Source of the DNA: a virus
Taxonomy: Duplodnaviria > Caudoviricetes
DNA: 56,772 nt
IMG/VR virus record: IMGVR_UViG_3300036944_000989
Location: 1 to 56,772 of that record
Strand: one strand, 5' to 3'
The first letter of the stretch is position 1. Each line of letters begins with the position of its first letter. Made by a program: the position numbers and the translations under genes. The notes under the pieces were generated by a model. The model was not told where the DNA came from. It saw only the letters and a program-made list of their open reading frames with translations, and searched no databases. Of the stretch, positions 34,101-41,707 are shown in pieces.

Positions 34101-34302
34101 TGGTGCAGAACCAGATGAGGATCTTGATTCACAATGGTACCAAGAAAACTGGAAAGATGCATATTATTCTAGAAAATCTGGAAGTTTTGAAAAAGGTGAC
34201 TCTAAATTAATTAAAGACTTTATTGACTTAACAGGTTATAGAAACCTAAGAGATTTAGTTAACCCAGAAAACAGACTTGAGTTTTTACAATCTAAACAAT
34301 AA
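28198..34302 (+). CDS. Large ejection protein with N-terminal PD-(D/E)xK nuclease domain and C-terminal membrane segment
   Basis: 2034 aa; GTFIH..LE, PE, GRID, IYDFKT and Q..VY form a RecB-like motif set (about 28640-29190); TM-like FMAMVILSMLSMSALAWY at 33787-33840. Confidence 0.75.
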   Translation: MSKSCPVGKEWDEFVDGLKSSNNKLSFSDALVAYSIFNTKNNTEDLIPTVEEARNILNNITALEKDEEFVRLNAASKIQKYSEQLLQLGDIYENFANNKQKAALEKIITMTENHIDALNSPITPKTISVSNFIGTSTFKGDPNEYAAFRIFGTFIHDLLEDVQRTSLIKGNVSFKKVFTRDYFNEKLNQFQEKEPFEIKSLDNDKLFLIAQDLVEQINALKKRGYLILPEISVIGSDENGALIVGRIDMLLLDTQGNVKIYDFKTKKVQGLLDEGDDWQVDNASIALAGLSKKVSIYSTKDQPEGTQTKFITGEFGSRSAYDTWAMQINVYKNILGQIGLDVNGHTILSLLYETDEDKNFLGSTVHEFELENYYLYADHDVLLDANGVSYIAKRQLDTRIDKIVALVDKHVPTSKNKKEIEIKTTRLLNEVLQPSEEDYIIMRENIKRLLDKELIEVNNKIKNAKTIAIKKLLIERRDSLMNYKTLLEKMSNEDFDKSINTATTLDYLNSELTFLNEKAEELIEKFNNNQEAFNKNDLKRMDLIYKSSEGLSDIIKVMQRVINEAKDNEENGITELSPAVNMLGDIILYKENISNIKSRIYRQQAVAKILKTPGKKVFDRISEQMAELVTKEIEVLEKEIEDLNSNKGLTILQTMKSKVLQKISSSYKQKLDEKLAPTSPKLALIEEKERMIKVFKSLMAGTFDYTDTAVLAYLDNITNPDSTFYIGSDRVLPYSTLISGSLTNNWVASVANKDLALSGATQFLKNAAAGAVRNAQNDFASSNFDALREKLYRSGRSFEQINKAITERVVIKYRDPNTKELMEREVLSIVAPYTQEYKDTWNSYKAFLKEADFRIRQLKSERNNIFLKRDDASKKRVEELTTEILDAQNDRASKIKAHNQWMIENSSLPYIDEFYTLQKELPVEIAEKLQDLYLELETYRFMQDKKTRTYDDEAIEGDDETTDFDFSRIGEIEDDIRGLREQAKELDPKYAEYISRLDEFYEYDIRYDYYQRQKSIALSKFQNNPEELQRWMEENEITIAKKEWYEELSGLYEELSIYYGSDPVYKDMLDERNKILRKHKYVDGVLRPQYMSDEDVRKYDQIEKEIEEYKNSRKKTKLDEDSVDAINDIFFKIERLKQKDKNKYYTQELDMRFEKLSNRLALVNEYDAQYASLIAKGVTGEELDNVKKLLTAYEVQFDKEESEYKKWYNKNHKNKYKSITKGYGKSNADPKEFNYVTGPAEAVKEQYTETVPHPKYTKRRMKQDAYYVDGIKLIDEQKEELLSDKNTMTRLTNEGRLNFEKGVYNPNYLETPDGIPMPKNIIKVDDNVYAPKPGAGFQNINPRYMELYKDKDLFEFYAAITSMFFELQKQTDGRTLGYVVPGSVSGFVQSLHSEGLISAIKKQKEIFVDKNVRAYGSAQDIDENLFGDLKNSIRLRGNNQFESLIQSDDAISSVMQWVAEAHYNIAMQEAAPVVDAFIDELKSKAAELSEKVKRSDKGVVRDIDGSLIKAVDFEKRLSELDGIIKLAEYERNKFVSGQYEDPSAASRAITKKLKAFFTYTSFIRIGFDVTNQTKNLVAGSIQSYIAACDFQTGHYGKKDYHWANGKMWGFSGTVGQYLKDLGNISDVSDSTMIYRLFNPVQKEFDKYLRDTSGKKSRKVLGKLANINELAYFLQDKGDTIIGMTVMWSVLNSYKYRQIEKFTDDGQPVYVKDNNGDDVYVSAHEAYMKNPDTNELVIRDDVEYTVDDENMLRNIIYSEMRRAQGNYAKSDQVKAEASALGKMVLFFRKYLVPLFMNRFGYMKTNWEAGEIGIGYYRATLLAYRQFGGLQVAKHLLVGGKTLNRFNANTMGKFLTAKVNHTRRDFMAMVILSMLSMSALAWYKKRKEDEPDEDELSLATRYKNVALDNMLRLLWQVKGETNSMSPFATESQTEYIKNFTTGIPFQRELLAGQKLVSHVKGTIAVQLANGGAEPDEDLDSQWYQENWKDAYYSRKSGSFEKGDSKLIKDFIDLTGYRNLRDLVNPENRLEFLQSKQ

Positions 34303-34317
34303 TTTGTATATTATAAT
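34303..34317 (+). promoter_or_regulatory. Putative late promoter TTTGTATATTATAAT
   Basis: Recurrent intergenic motif upstream of the tail genes. Confidence 0.45.
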
Positions 34318-34334
34318 GTAACATTCTGTGTATC

Positions 34335-36002
34335 ATGTCTAAAATTATTGTACCATTACATCTTGCGAATTTGTACTCTACTCCAAACGGGGTAGATACA
34401 GGTTTTAAAAAGTTCTATCTTAAATCAGGATGGTTAAAGTTGTATGATGGTGCATCAGAAATAGACGTAGTATTAGATAGACCACTAGATGGCTACAATC
34501 CTACTAACGGTGTTATATCACCTAGTGATACTGTACTCAGCGCAATTGAAAAATTAGGATATGGTATATCATATATAACTAATCCACAGTGGGGAACCAT
34601 ATCTGGTAATATTTTATCACAAGCAGATTTACTTTTATATCTAAGTGATAATTATTATCCATTATTAAGTAACCCTGCTAATTATATTACGCAGCAATCT
34701 GTATTAGAATATCCAGATCTTGCATCTTTTCCTACAACAGGAGTTACAAATACAATATACATTGCAATTGATACAGATATTGCATATTATTGGGACGGTT
34801 CAGCATATGTTGTTATAACAGGAAGTACATCAGGTATAACAGGTTTTGGTATTGTAAATAGACTTGCAAAGTTTACTCCTACAGGTTCTGCAATTGGAAG
34901 TTCTAAAATTATAGAATTTAGTGGTGGAGCAACTATAATTAATTCATCTAATAGAAACTTTCTTGACGGAAACTCTATAGTATCAATACAAAGACCTCAA
35001 TCTCAAATTGATTTTATATTAGGAAATCCTGCGTTAGGGCAATCTTCATTTCTTATTTCTGATAATGATCTTGCGGGATTTGAAATACGATCAAAAGGAG
35101 AACTTTCATTAAAAACAGGTTCTACATATTCTAATGAAGGATTAAAAGTTTATACATCAGGTCAGTTAAAATTAACACAAACACCTGCAACAGGAACAAC
35201 TAGTGATTATATATTACTTAGAGACACTTCAGGTAATTTAAAACAAATTGTTTATCCATCTATACCAGCAGGAGGATTACCTCCAGGTGGAACAGTAGGT
35301 CAAATACTTACCAAAGTAGACGCAACGGATTACAATGCTACTTGGCAGGAAAATTATGCTGATTGGACTTCTCAAGTAAAACACATTGTAAAAAATAATG
35401 GTTTATCTGGTACAATAACTAAAGGTACTGCAGTATATGTAACAAGTAGTGATGGTACAAACATGCTTGTTGGTAGAGCAAGTAATACTTCTGAAGCAAC
35501 ATCAAGTAAGACTATGGGTCTTATGCAATCTAACATTACAACTACTGGTGGAACTCAAACAGGATTTGTTATAACAGAAGGATTATTAAGTGGATTAAAT
35601 ACTGCAGGACAAACTGCGGGCGATCCTGTATGGTTAGGAGTAAATGGCGCATTAATTTACGGTCTTGTTAATAAACCCTATGCACCTGCTCACTTAGTTT
35701 TTATAGGAATAGTTACAAAGATAAGCGCAGGGAATGGCGAGATATTTGTCAAAGTGCAAAACGGGTTTGAATTAAAAGAAATTCACGATGTAGACCTGAT
35801 AACTACTACCCCAATAAATGGAGATTTATTAGGATATAATGGTACATTATGGGTTAATAAAACAGTTGCTGGATGGCTAGGATATACACCTGCAAATAGA
35901 GCAGGAGATACATTTACAGGTAATATAGATGCTCCATCAATGAGTTTGAATGGAGTAAATTTAGAATCATTAATGATTGCATATGCAGTCGCTTTAGGAT
36001 AA
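34335..36002 (+). CDS. Tail fibre/structural protein
   Basis: T/G/S-rich mosaic with FPTTG..NTIYIA.DT, GGLPPGG..GQIL.K....DY...W, ELKEIHDV and N+AGDTFTG fibre-type motifs. Confidence 0.7.
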   Translation: MSKIIVPLHLANLYSTPNGVDTGFKKFYLKSGWLKLYDGASEIDVVLDRPLDGYNPTNGVISPSDTVLSAIEKLGYGISYITNPQWGTISGNILSQADLLLYLSDNYYPLLSNPANYITQQSVLEYPDLASFPTTGVTNTIYIAIDTDIAYYWDGSAYVVITGSTSGITGFGIVNRLAKFTPTGSAIGSSKIIEFSGGATIINSSNRNFLDGNSIVSIQRPQSQIDFILGNPALGQSSFLISDNDLAGFEIRSKGELSLKTGSTYSNEGLKVYTSGQLKLTQTPATGTTSDYILLRDTSGNLKQIVYPSIPAGGLPPGGTVGQILTKVDATDYNATWQENYADWTSQVKHIVKNNGLSGTITKGTAVYVTSSDGTNMLVGRASNTSEATSSKTMGLMQSNITTTGGTQTGFVITEGLLSGLNTAGQTAGDPVWLGVNGALIYGLVNKPYAPAHLVFIGIVTKISAGNGEIFVKVQNGFELKEIHDVDLITTTPINGDLLGYNGTLWVNKTVAGWLGYTPANRAGDTFTGNIDAPSMSLNGVNLESLMIAYAVALG

Positions 36003-36006
36003 AAAT

Positions 36007-36498
36007 ATGAAAGTATTATTTCAAGATTACACATTTGACTCTGCATCACAGAAAATAACATTCAATACAACAGATGTTGTATCTTTGAATCAAGTATTGG
36101 TTATCACTAATGTAACTGAAAACATTATTATCTATAACTTTGCCGACCCTGCAAAGGGTGGCTCAATTGTAAATAATGTATTAACATTGACATTTGATAC
36201 AACAACAATGTCTAATACTGATTCCTTGCAAATCTTTTTAGATTTATATGGAACACCGAGTACAGACGAAAGTGTAGTGTTATTAAGAAGATTGATTCAG
36301 TTATTGACGCCTATAGCAACGCAAGACGTGCAACAAAGACAGAGAGTAGTTGTAGAATCTCTTAGTAATGGGGCTCTTAGTACTGTAACTAATGTTGGAA
36401 ACTTACAAACATATAGTAATATACCTTCATACTTCCCAATCATTGACCAAGCTAGAAATACGTTCGCAAACGGAATAAGACAAAACTTAACATACTAA
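36007..36498 (+). CDS. Putative tail-associated protein
   Basis: 163 aa, beta-rich (ITNVT.N.IIYNFADP), co-transcribed with fibre genes. Confidence 0.55.
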   Translation: MKVLFQDYTFDSASQKITFNTTDVVSLNQVLVITNVTENIIIYNFADPAKGGSIVNNVLTLTFDTTTMSNTDSLQIFLDLYGTPSTDESVVLLRRLIQLLTPIATQDVQQRQRVVVESLSNGALSTVTNVGNLQTYSNIPSYFPIIDQARNTFANGIRQNLTY

Positions 36499-36503
36499 AC
36501 AAA

Positions 36504-39335
36504 ATGGCATTAACAAACAATTTAAAACCAATATTAGACCAACCTGTATGGGAATGGGCAAGATTTGCTCCGATTGGAACTACACAAACAAGTGGTTTGT
36601 GTACATCAGAGGATGGAGATTCTAGATACATGTATTACTTAGCTGGAACTCTATTTTACAGATACGACACCATTACAGACACATATTTGCAATTGGCATC
36701 TCCAATTACAACTCCTGTTACCGCTTTATCTTTAAGATATTCAAAGTATAGTGGAAATAGAGGTAGAGTGTTATCTCAGGTAAGTTCTACAAAGTTACAG
36801 ATTCCTTATATTGGAGGAGGTAGCATGCTCACAGGAGATAATATTGTTATTCGATACGGAGCAGGAGCAGGGCAGGAAAGAACAATATCTTCAGTAGACC
36901 CTGAAGTAATCCATGATTCAGGATTAGTTACTTCAGCAAGCACAGCTATTATAACAGATACAACTAAAAAATGGAAAACAAATCAATGGGTTGGGTATAA
37001 CTGTAGAGTAACTTTTTCGACAGGGGTTCAACTTCAAAGAACTATTTTGTACAACACAGTTGATACACTTTGGTTTTCTGATGGTAATTATCAACCGTAT
37101 GACCCATTTGATAATATTGGATTTTCAACATCGCCTATAGCTACAGCAGGTTCTCAGTCAAGTTTTATCATTACATCTCAAAATGTAAATTTAGACTCAG
37201 CTTTGACTGTTCCTACAGACAGCACCTCAAGATTTATTATTCAGACAGGAACTATTTGGTTGTTGTCATCTACTACAACTGCCCCGTTTTTTACTTGGCA
37301 AATGTACGATGTAGCTAATGATATTTGGATGATAAAGACAGCTAATGCAACTTTATTTCAAGCTGCTATTGCAACTGATTTTACAGTAGAAAGAACAGGT
37401 GCTTTGGGTGGGGCTTATGTGACAGGAACAGCTACAGCAGGCACGAATAGGACCATAACTGATTCTTCAAAATCAATGACTGTTGATGACTATGTGAACT
37501 ACCAAATTAGAATTACAGGTGGAACAGGAATGGGGCAAAGACAACGAATTATTGCTAATGGAACAAATTACTTTGAAGTAGCTAAAAAATGGACAACAAA
37601 TCCTGACGCAACATCCACATATTCTGTATATTCAGATACCGATACAATTTTCTTTTCAGGAAATGCTAACTCGTCAATGTTTAAATATAGTGTTGAAGCT
37701 GATTTATGGAGTCAAGGTAATATCTATGATTATGGAATAACCAATAGCGCAACTGCTCAAAGAAATGGGACATTACCATTTGGTATTGCCAATGGTGTTA
37801 GAAGCACAGGCGGTATTACTTCTGTTGTAATAAATGCAGCAGGTTCAAATTATAGAATTGGCGATGTATTAACTGTAAGCGGAGGAGGTGGTACTAATGG
37901 TAAAGTGTATGTAGAAACAATTAGTTCAACAGGGCAAATTCTATCTGTATCTTTAATGCGATGCGGAGCAGGATATGGTATTACAGTAGGAGCTGCAACA
38001 ACAGGAGGTACAGGAACTTTAGCAACAGTAAATATTTCAACTGTTGGCATTGTTTGTTTAGTAACTACACAGATAGTTCATCCATTTAAAATTGGAGATT
38101 CTGTGACTATAAAAGGGTGCACAGAAGCTGCATATAACACAACTTCAACTATAATTGGTGTTGATGGAGTAACTGCAACTAACCCTACAACTTTTGAAAT
38201 TGCAACTACCGCAACAACAAATATGGCTTTTACTTTTGCTCAATCAACATCTTTAGTGGTAGACTCATCTGCTAATTGGGATGTCAATGAACTAGTTGGA
38301 AAGTCGATAGGAATATATGGAGCAGGAGCAACGGGAGCATTAACAGTAAGAAGAATTGCGTCTAATACAGCAACAACAATTACTTTATCAAATACACTTG
38401 CTTCTCCTGCATCAGCGGGGACTTCTAGGTATTTAATATGTGAAGCTGAAGCAATAGGTAGAGATGTTCAGTTTCCAATTGCCACTCAAAGTGCAGCAGG
38501 TGCTGCAACAGGAGGAAGTACTACCACCTTAATTGATTCTTCAAGAACTTGGGACCCGGGATGTTGGACAGGATATAGAGTTAGAATTGTAGCAGGTACA
38601 GGATTAGGAGCTGAAATTGCAATTACAGCAAATACAAATACTACCCTTACTTATGCTACTCAAACATTCACACCTGACTCTACAACAAGGTATCAAATTA
38701 TGGCAACATTTGGTATTGCCACTTCAGGTTCAACAACTACTATTGTAGATACAACAAAGAACTGGAGAGTAAATCAATGGGCAGGTAAGAGAGTTAGAAT
38801 AACAGGAGGAGCAGGGCAATCAGGAGAATTACAGGTAACTTCAAATACTGCAAATACTTTAACGTTTGCTGCTACTGCCACATTGGATTCGTCTACCCAA
38901 TATACTATATTAGGGATTCCACCTAGAGGCGCAGGCATGGGATTAGTGTTTGCGTATGGTAATTCTAACGGCAGATATTTATGGAGTTTTAGAGGAGCCA
39001 ATTTAGCTACTCAGTTTGATAGATACGATATAACAACCGATACTTGGCAATACGGAAACTTTATACCGCCTCAGACAGAGTCGCTAACGACGGGAACTAT
39101 GTATGCTTATGATGGCGTAGATAGAGTTTATATAAATATTAACGCGTCAGCTAGAATCTCATATTTTGATTTAAGCAAAAGGGAAGTTATTAATTCAGGA
39201 ACAATACCTTTTGGACATTCTACCGCAATTTTAGGTAATAGAATGGAAATAGTAGATACAGCAGATGGATTGAAATTCTTGTATGTAATGAGACATTCAG
39301 GTCAAGAGATGTGGAGAACTTTATTATTCTGGTAA
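36504..39335 (+). CDS. Putative receptor-binding/tail protein: kelch-like blades with about 5 inserted ~60-aa repeats
   Basis: 943 aa, T/G-rich; repeat consensus AT.G.TTTI.D.TK.W..NQW.G..VRI..G.G.GQ...I..NT; FYRYDT and FDRYDI blade-like motifs. Confidence 0.6.
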   Translation: MALTNNLKPILDQPVWEWARFAPIGTTQTSGLCTSEDGDSRYMYYLAGTLFYRYDTITDTYLQLASPITTPVTALSLRYSKYSGNRGRVLSQVSSTKLQIPYIGGGSMLTGDNIVIRYGAGAGQERTISSVDPEVIHDSGLVTSASTAIITDTTKKWKTNQWVGYNCRVTFSTGVQLQRTILYNTVDTLWFSDGNYQPYDPFDNIGFSTSPIATAGSQSSFIITSQNVNLDSALTVPTDSTSRFIIQTGTIWLLSSTTTAPFFTWQMYDVANDIWMIKTANATLFQAAIATDFTVERTGALGGAYVTGTATAGTNRTITDSSKSMTVDDYVNYQIRITGGTGMGQRQRIIANGTNYFEVAKKWTTNPDATSTYSVYSDTDTIFFSGNANSSMFKYSVEADLWSQGNIYDYGITNSATAQRNGTLPFGIANGVRSTGGITSVVINAAGSNYRIGDVLTVSGGGGTNGKVYVETISSTGQILSVSLMRCGAGYGITVGAATTGGTGTLATVNISTVGIVCLVTTQIVHPFKIGDSVTIKGCTEAAYNTTSTIIGVDGVTATNPTTFEIATTATTNMAFTFAQSTSLVVDSSANWDVNELVGKSIGIYGAGATGALTVRRIASNTATTITLSNTLASPASAGTSRYLICEAEAIGRDVQFPIATQSAAGAATGGSTTTLIDSSRTWDPGCWTGYRVRIVAGTGLGAEIAITANTNTTLTYATQTFTPDSTTRYQIMATFGIATSGSTTTIVDTTKNWRVNQWAGKRVRITGGAGQSGELQVTSNTANTLTFAATATLDSSTQYTILGIPPRGAGMGLVFAYGNSNGRYLWSFRGANLATQFDRYDITTDTWQYGNFIPPQTESLTTGTMYAYDGVDRVYININASARISYFDLSKREVINSGTIPFGHSTAILGNRMEIVDTADGLKFLYVMRHSGQEMWRTLLFW

Positions 39336-39360
39336 AATATATAACTTAATTTAAAAACTA

Positions 39361-39510
39361 ATGGCAAAATTAAAATCAACACAATCAAGTACATTTACTC
39401 CAAAACCTAAAGTAAAAAGACCAGGTATTCATAGTAAAAAATCTACTAGTAAATTAAAATCTAGTAAAAATTATCAAAAAAAATATGTTGGACAAGGATC
39501 AAAAAGATAA
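39361..39510 (+). CDS. Small basic protein (49 aa), absent from the ORF track
   Basis: Hand translation: MAKLKSTQSSTFTPKPKVKRPGIHSKKSTSKLKSSKNYQKKYVGQGSKR; preceded by an A-rich leader. Confidence 0.65.
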   Translation: MAKLKSTQSSTFTPKPKVKRPGIHSKKSTSKLKSSKNYQKKYVGQGSKR

Positions 39511-40069
39511 ATATTATGTTTATTTACATAGAAAAAAAGATACTCATCAAATTTTTTATGTAGGAAAAGGTAAAGATAGAAGACATTTATCTAGATCTGG
39601 TAGAAATTTACATTGGAAAAATACAGTTTTAAAACATGATTATTATTCTGTAAAAGTTCAAGAATTTTTATCAGAAGAAAATGCTTTAGAACTTGAAGAA
39701 TTTTTAATTCAAGAAATTGGACTATCAAATTTATGTAATAAAAATTATTTTAATGGTGGTAAGAGTGGTTATAATCATTCAGAAAATTCTAAATTAAAAA
39801 TGAGTATTTCTAAAAAAGGTCATATTCCTTGGAATAAAGGAAAATCATGTCCAGAATCTTCTATTAGAATGAAAGGTGTACGTAATCCTATGTTTGGAAA
39901 AAAGAAAATTCATAGTAAAAAAACTATAGAATGTTTAATAATAAAAAATGGAACACCTACTTGTGATTTATTTACAGGAATTTTTTATGATTCTTTAGAA
40001 GATATGTCACGTGCATTAAATATTGGTAGAAAAACTAGAGAATTTAAAAATAGAGCATATAGAGAATAA
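39485..40069 (+). CDS. Free-standing GIY-YIG homing endonuclease with NUMOD3-like DNA-binding motifs
   Basis: YYVYLH...FYVGKG...R, A..LE..LI, HSENSKLKMS, PWNKGK and NPMFGK. Confidence 0.8.
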   Translation: MLDKDQKDKYYVYLHRKKDTHQIFYVGKGKDRRHLSRSGRNLHWKNTVLKHDYYSVKVQEFLSEENALELEEFLIQEIGLSNLCNKNYFNGGKSGYNHSENSKLKMSISKKGHIPWNKGKSCPESSIRMKGVRNPMFGKKKIHSKKTIECLIIKNGTPTCDLFTGIFYDSLEDMSRALNIGRKTREFKNRAYRE

Positions 40070-40100
40070 AGAAGGGAGCGATTAAGCTCCCTCTTTTATT
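40065..40100. terminator. Bidirectional intrinsic terminator
   Basis: AGGGAGC-gattaa-GCTCCCT hairpin flanked by A- and T-rich runs, between convergent genes. Confidence 0.8.
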
Positions 40101-40317
40101 TAATAATTGTTACTTTTCCTTGTGCTTCAATCCAAACATGTGCTCCACAGCTTAATGGTTTGTCTGGACTATATACCACTTTACTAGAACCTTCTATCTC
40201 TACTTCGTGAGCATAGTTGTTCTTTTTGTACGTCTTAACAGTTAATACAGGATCATTAACCCCATTCTTTCTGTTAGATTTGATTACGTGTTGATTAACG
40301 TGAATTATTGTTTTCAT
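40096..40317 (-). CDS. Hypothetical phage protein (IHVNQH.I+.N motif)
   Basis: 73 aa, translationally coupled to the upstream gene. Confidence 0.7.
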   Translation of the reverse strand: MKTIIHVNQHVIKSNRKNGVNDPVLTVKTYKKNNYAHEVEIEGSSKVVYSPDKPLSCGAHVWIEAQGKVTIIK

Positions 40318-40940
40318 TATGGTCCAAAATAATATGTTCCTGTAGATACTTCTTCATCATCACCTTCTGTAGTGTTATAACACATTGTAGCAAGTGTAGA
40401 TATAATTGTTTTATTTCTATCTTCTTTTTTAATAAAGTATTTTGAAGATTGCATATATGTATAATCACATGATGTTTCAAATGTTTCTACATATTTTTTT
40501 GTTACATTCATTACCATTTCCCAGTCATACTCTGGATACTCTGTAAAAAACCATTTAAACCTGTCATATAATTCTTTGGGATTAGTTCTAAAAGATAATG
40601 ATGATCCTCTGCGTTTTCCTTTTGGAAACATTTCATTATATTCTTTTATTCTTTCTTCCCAATCTTTATAACTTATTTTGTTTATAGCTTTTATAGTAGG
40701 TAAATTACATATGTACGCTTCTGATTCATGTACAAAGTGTATAGCTTTTTGCGTTAGTGTATAAAAAACAGAACCGTCTTCACTGATGTTTTCTCTAAGA
40801 TACTCTGATAACGACAAACAATGTTGCTCATGTAAGTAATTAATTTTACCAATTGGTTGATCATTTACCATACAATATAAAATGTAATGACCGTTAGGTG
40901 TCACTTCATATTTTTCTAAGAAGTCAAAGAACTCTTTCAT
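40317..40940 (-). CDS. Hypothetical protein, possibly a replication-initiator-like DNA-binding protein
   Basis: 207 aa; YNEMFPKG and YMQSSKYFIKK segments; ATGA overlap with the upstream gene. Function is inferred only. Confidence 0.55.
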   Translation of the reverse strand: MKEFFDFLEKYEVTPNGHYILYCMVNDQPIGKINYLHEQHCLSLSEYLRENISEDGSVFYTLTQKAIHFVHESEAYICNLPTIKAINKISYKDWEERIKEYNEMFPKGKRRGSSLSFRTNPKELYDRFKWFFTEYPEYDWEMVMNVTKKYVETFETSCDYTYMQSSKYFIKKEDRNKTIISTLATMCYNTTEGDDEEVSTGTYYFGP

Positions 40941-41395
40941 AATACAGGTGTGTATTCATTTTTTAATCTTTTAATTTTATGAAATAACTCATGGGTTGTC
41001 TTTTCATCTAGAAGAGAATTACTCATTAAATGACCAAGCTCCATTATTAATCTTTGAGATTCACTGATTATATCTTGCTCAAGAAGATTTTTTAGGAATT
41101 CATCGTTCTCCATAATAAATGAATCATATGCTTTTCTAAATCCAAGATTATATTTGTAGTTATCATCATAACCTTTTAAAGCATGTGTAACAGTACTATG
41201 ATCTCTATTAACACTCTTTGCAATTCTTTCATGAGTAATTGTAGTACTTATTCTTTTACACATTATAAAATAAATAGTACGAGCATTGACATAAGGAGTT
41301 TGTCGCATGTTAGATTCAATTTGAATTTCAAAAAAATCATTCAATCTTGACTTTAATAAAGTCATTTTTTTATCATACTTTTTCATTATTGTCAT
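40937..41395 (-). CDS. DnaA C-terminal (domain IV)-like helix-turn-helix protein
   Basis: R....V.AR......IAKSVNRDHSTVTHA matches the DnaA-C RDHsTV signature. Confidence 0.75.
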   Translation of the reverse strand: MTIMKKYDKKMTLLKSRLNDFFEIQIESNMRQTPYVNARTIYFIMCKRISTTITHERIAKSVNRDHSTVTHALKGYDDNYKYNLGFRKAYDSFIMENDEFLKNLLEQDIISESQRLIMELGHLMSNSLLDEKTTHELFHKIKRLKNEYTPVL

Positions 41396-41540
41396 TTTTT
41401 AAATCAATAATCTGTTTTAAAAGGTCTCTTTTTTTAGTTACAAGTTTTTCATCATTACCGCCTTTTAATAGTAATGTGTTTAGTTTATTGTCAATAACTT
41501 GTAATCTTTGTTTTAAATCTTCGAGAAGTTCAGTGTTCAT
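41373..41540 (-). CDS. Small coiled-coil protein (55 aa), absent from the ORF track
   Basis: Hand translation: MNTELLEDLKQRLQVIDNKLNTLLLKGGNDEKLVTKKRDLLKQIIDLKNDNNEKV; overlaps the start of the next gene. Confidence 0.6.
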   Translation of the reverse strand: MNTELLEDLKQRLQVIDNKLNTLLLKGGNDEKLVTKKRDLLKQIIDLKNDNNEKV

Positions 41541-41568
41541 AGTTTTTGATTTTAAAAATTGCGGAATC

Positions 41569-41600
41569 GCAAAGATTAGTAAATAGTTTCATATAGGCAA
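41569..41600 (-). promoter_or_regulatory. Host-type (Bacteroidota sigma70) promoter candidate for the leftward island
   Basis: Minus strand reads TTG-N20-AATCTTTG, one mismatch from TAnnTTTG. Confidence 0.4.
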
Positions 41601-41637
41601 TAATTAAGGATTAAAAATTTAAAATAAATATAAAAAA

Positions 41638-41652
41638 GTAGTATATTATAGT
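41638..41652 (+). promoter_or_regulatory. Putative late promoter of the lysis cassette, GTAGTATATTATAGT
   Basis: Recurrent motif in the divergent intergenic region. Confidence 0.45.
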
Positions 41653-41707
41653 AGGAGGAAGGTAGAACACATATACGTATTATTTTTTATATTTTAATGT
41701 TTTTACT

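Noticed and set aside
386-39001. Many short antisense or alternative-frame ORFs in the ORF track
   Set aside because: They lie inside long genes and have compositions typical of shadow frames (rich in S, F, L, I).
41347-41586. Plus-strand 79-aa ORF
   Set aside because: It is the antisense shadow of the minus-strand 55-aa ORF and its promoter region.
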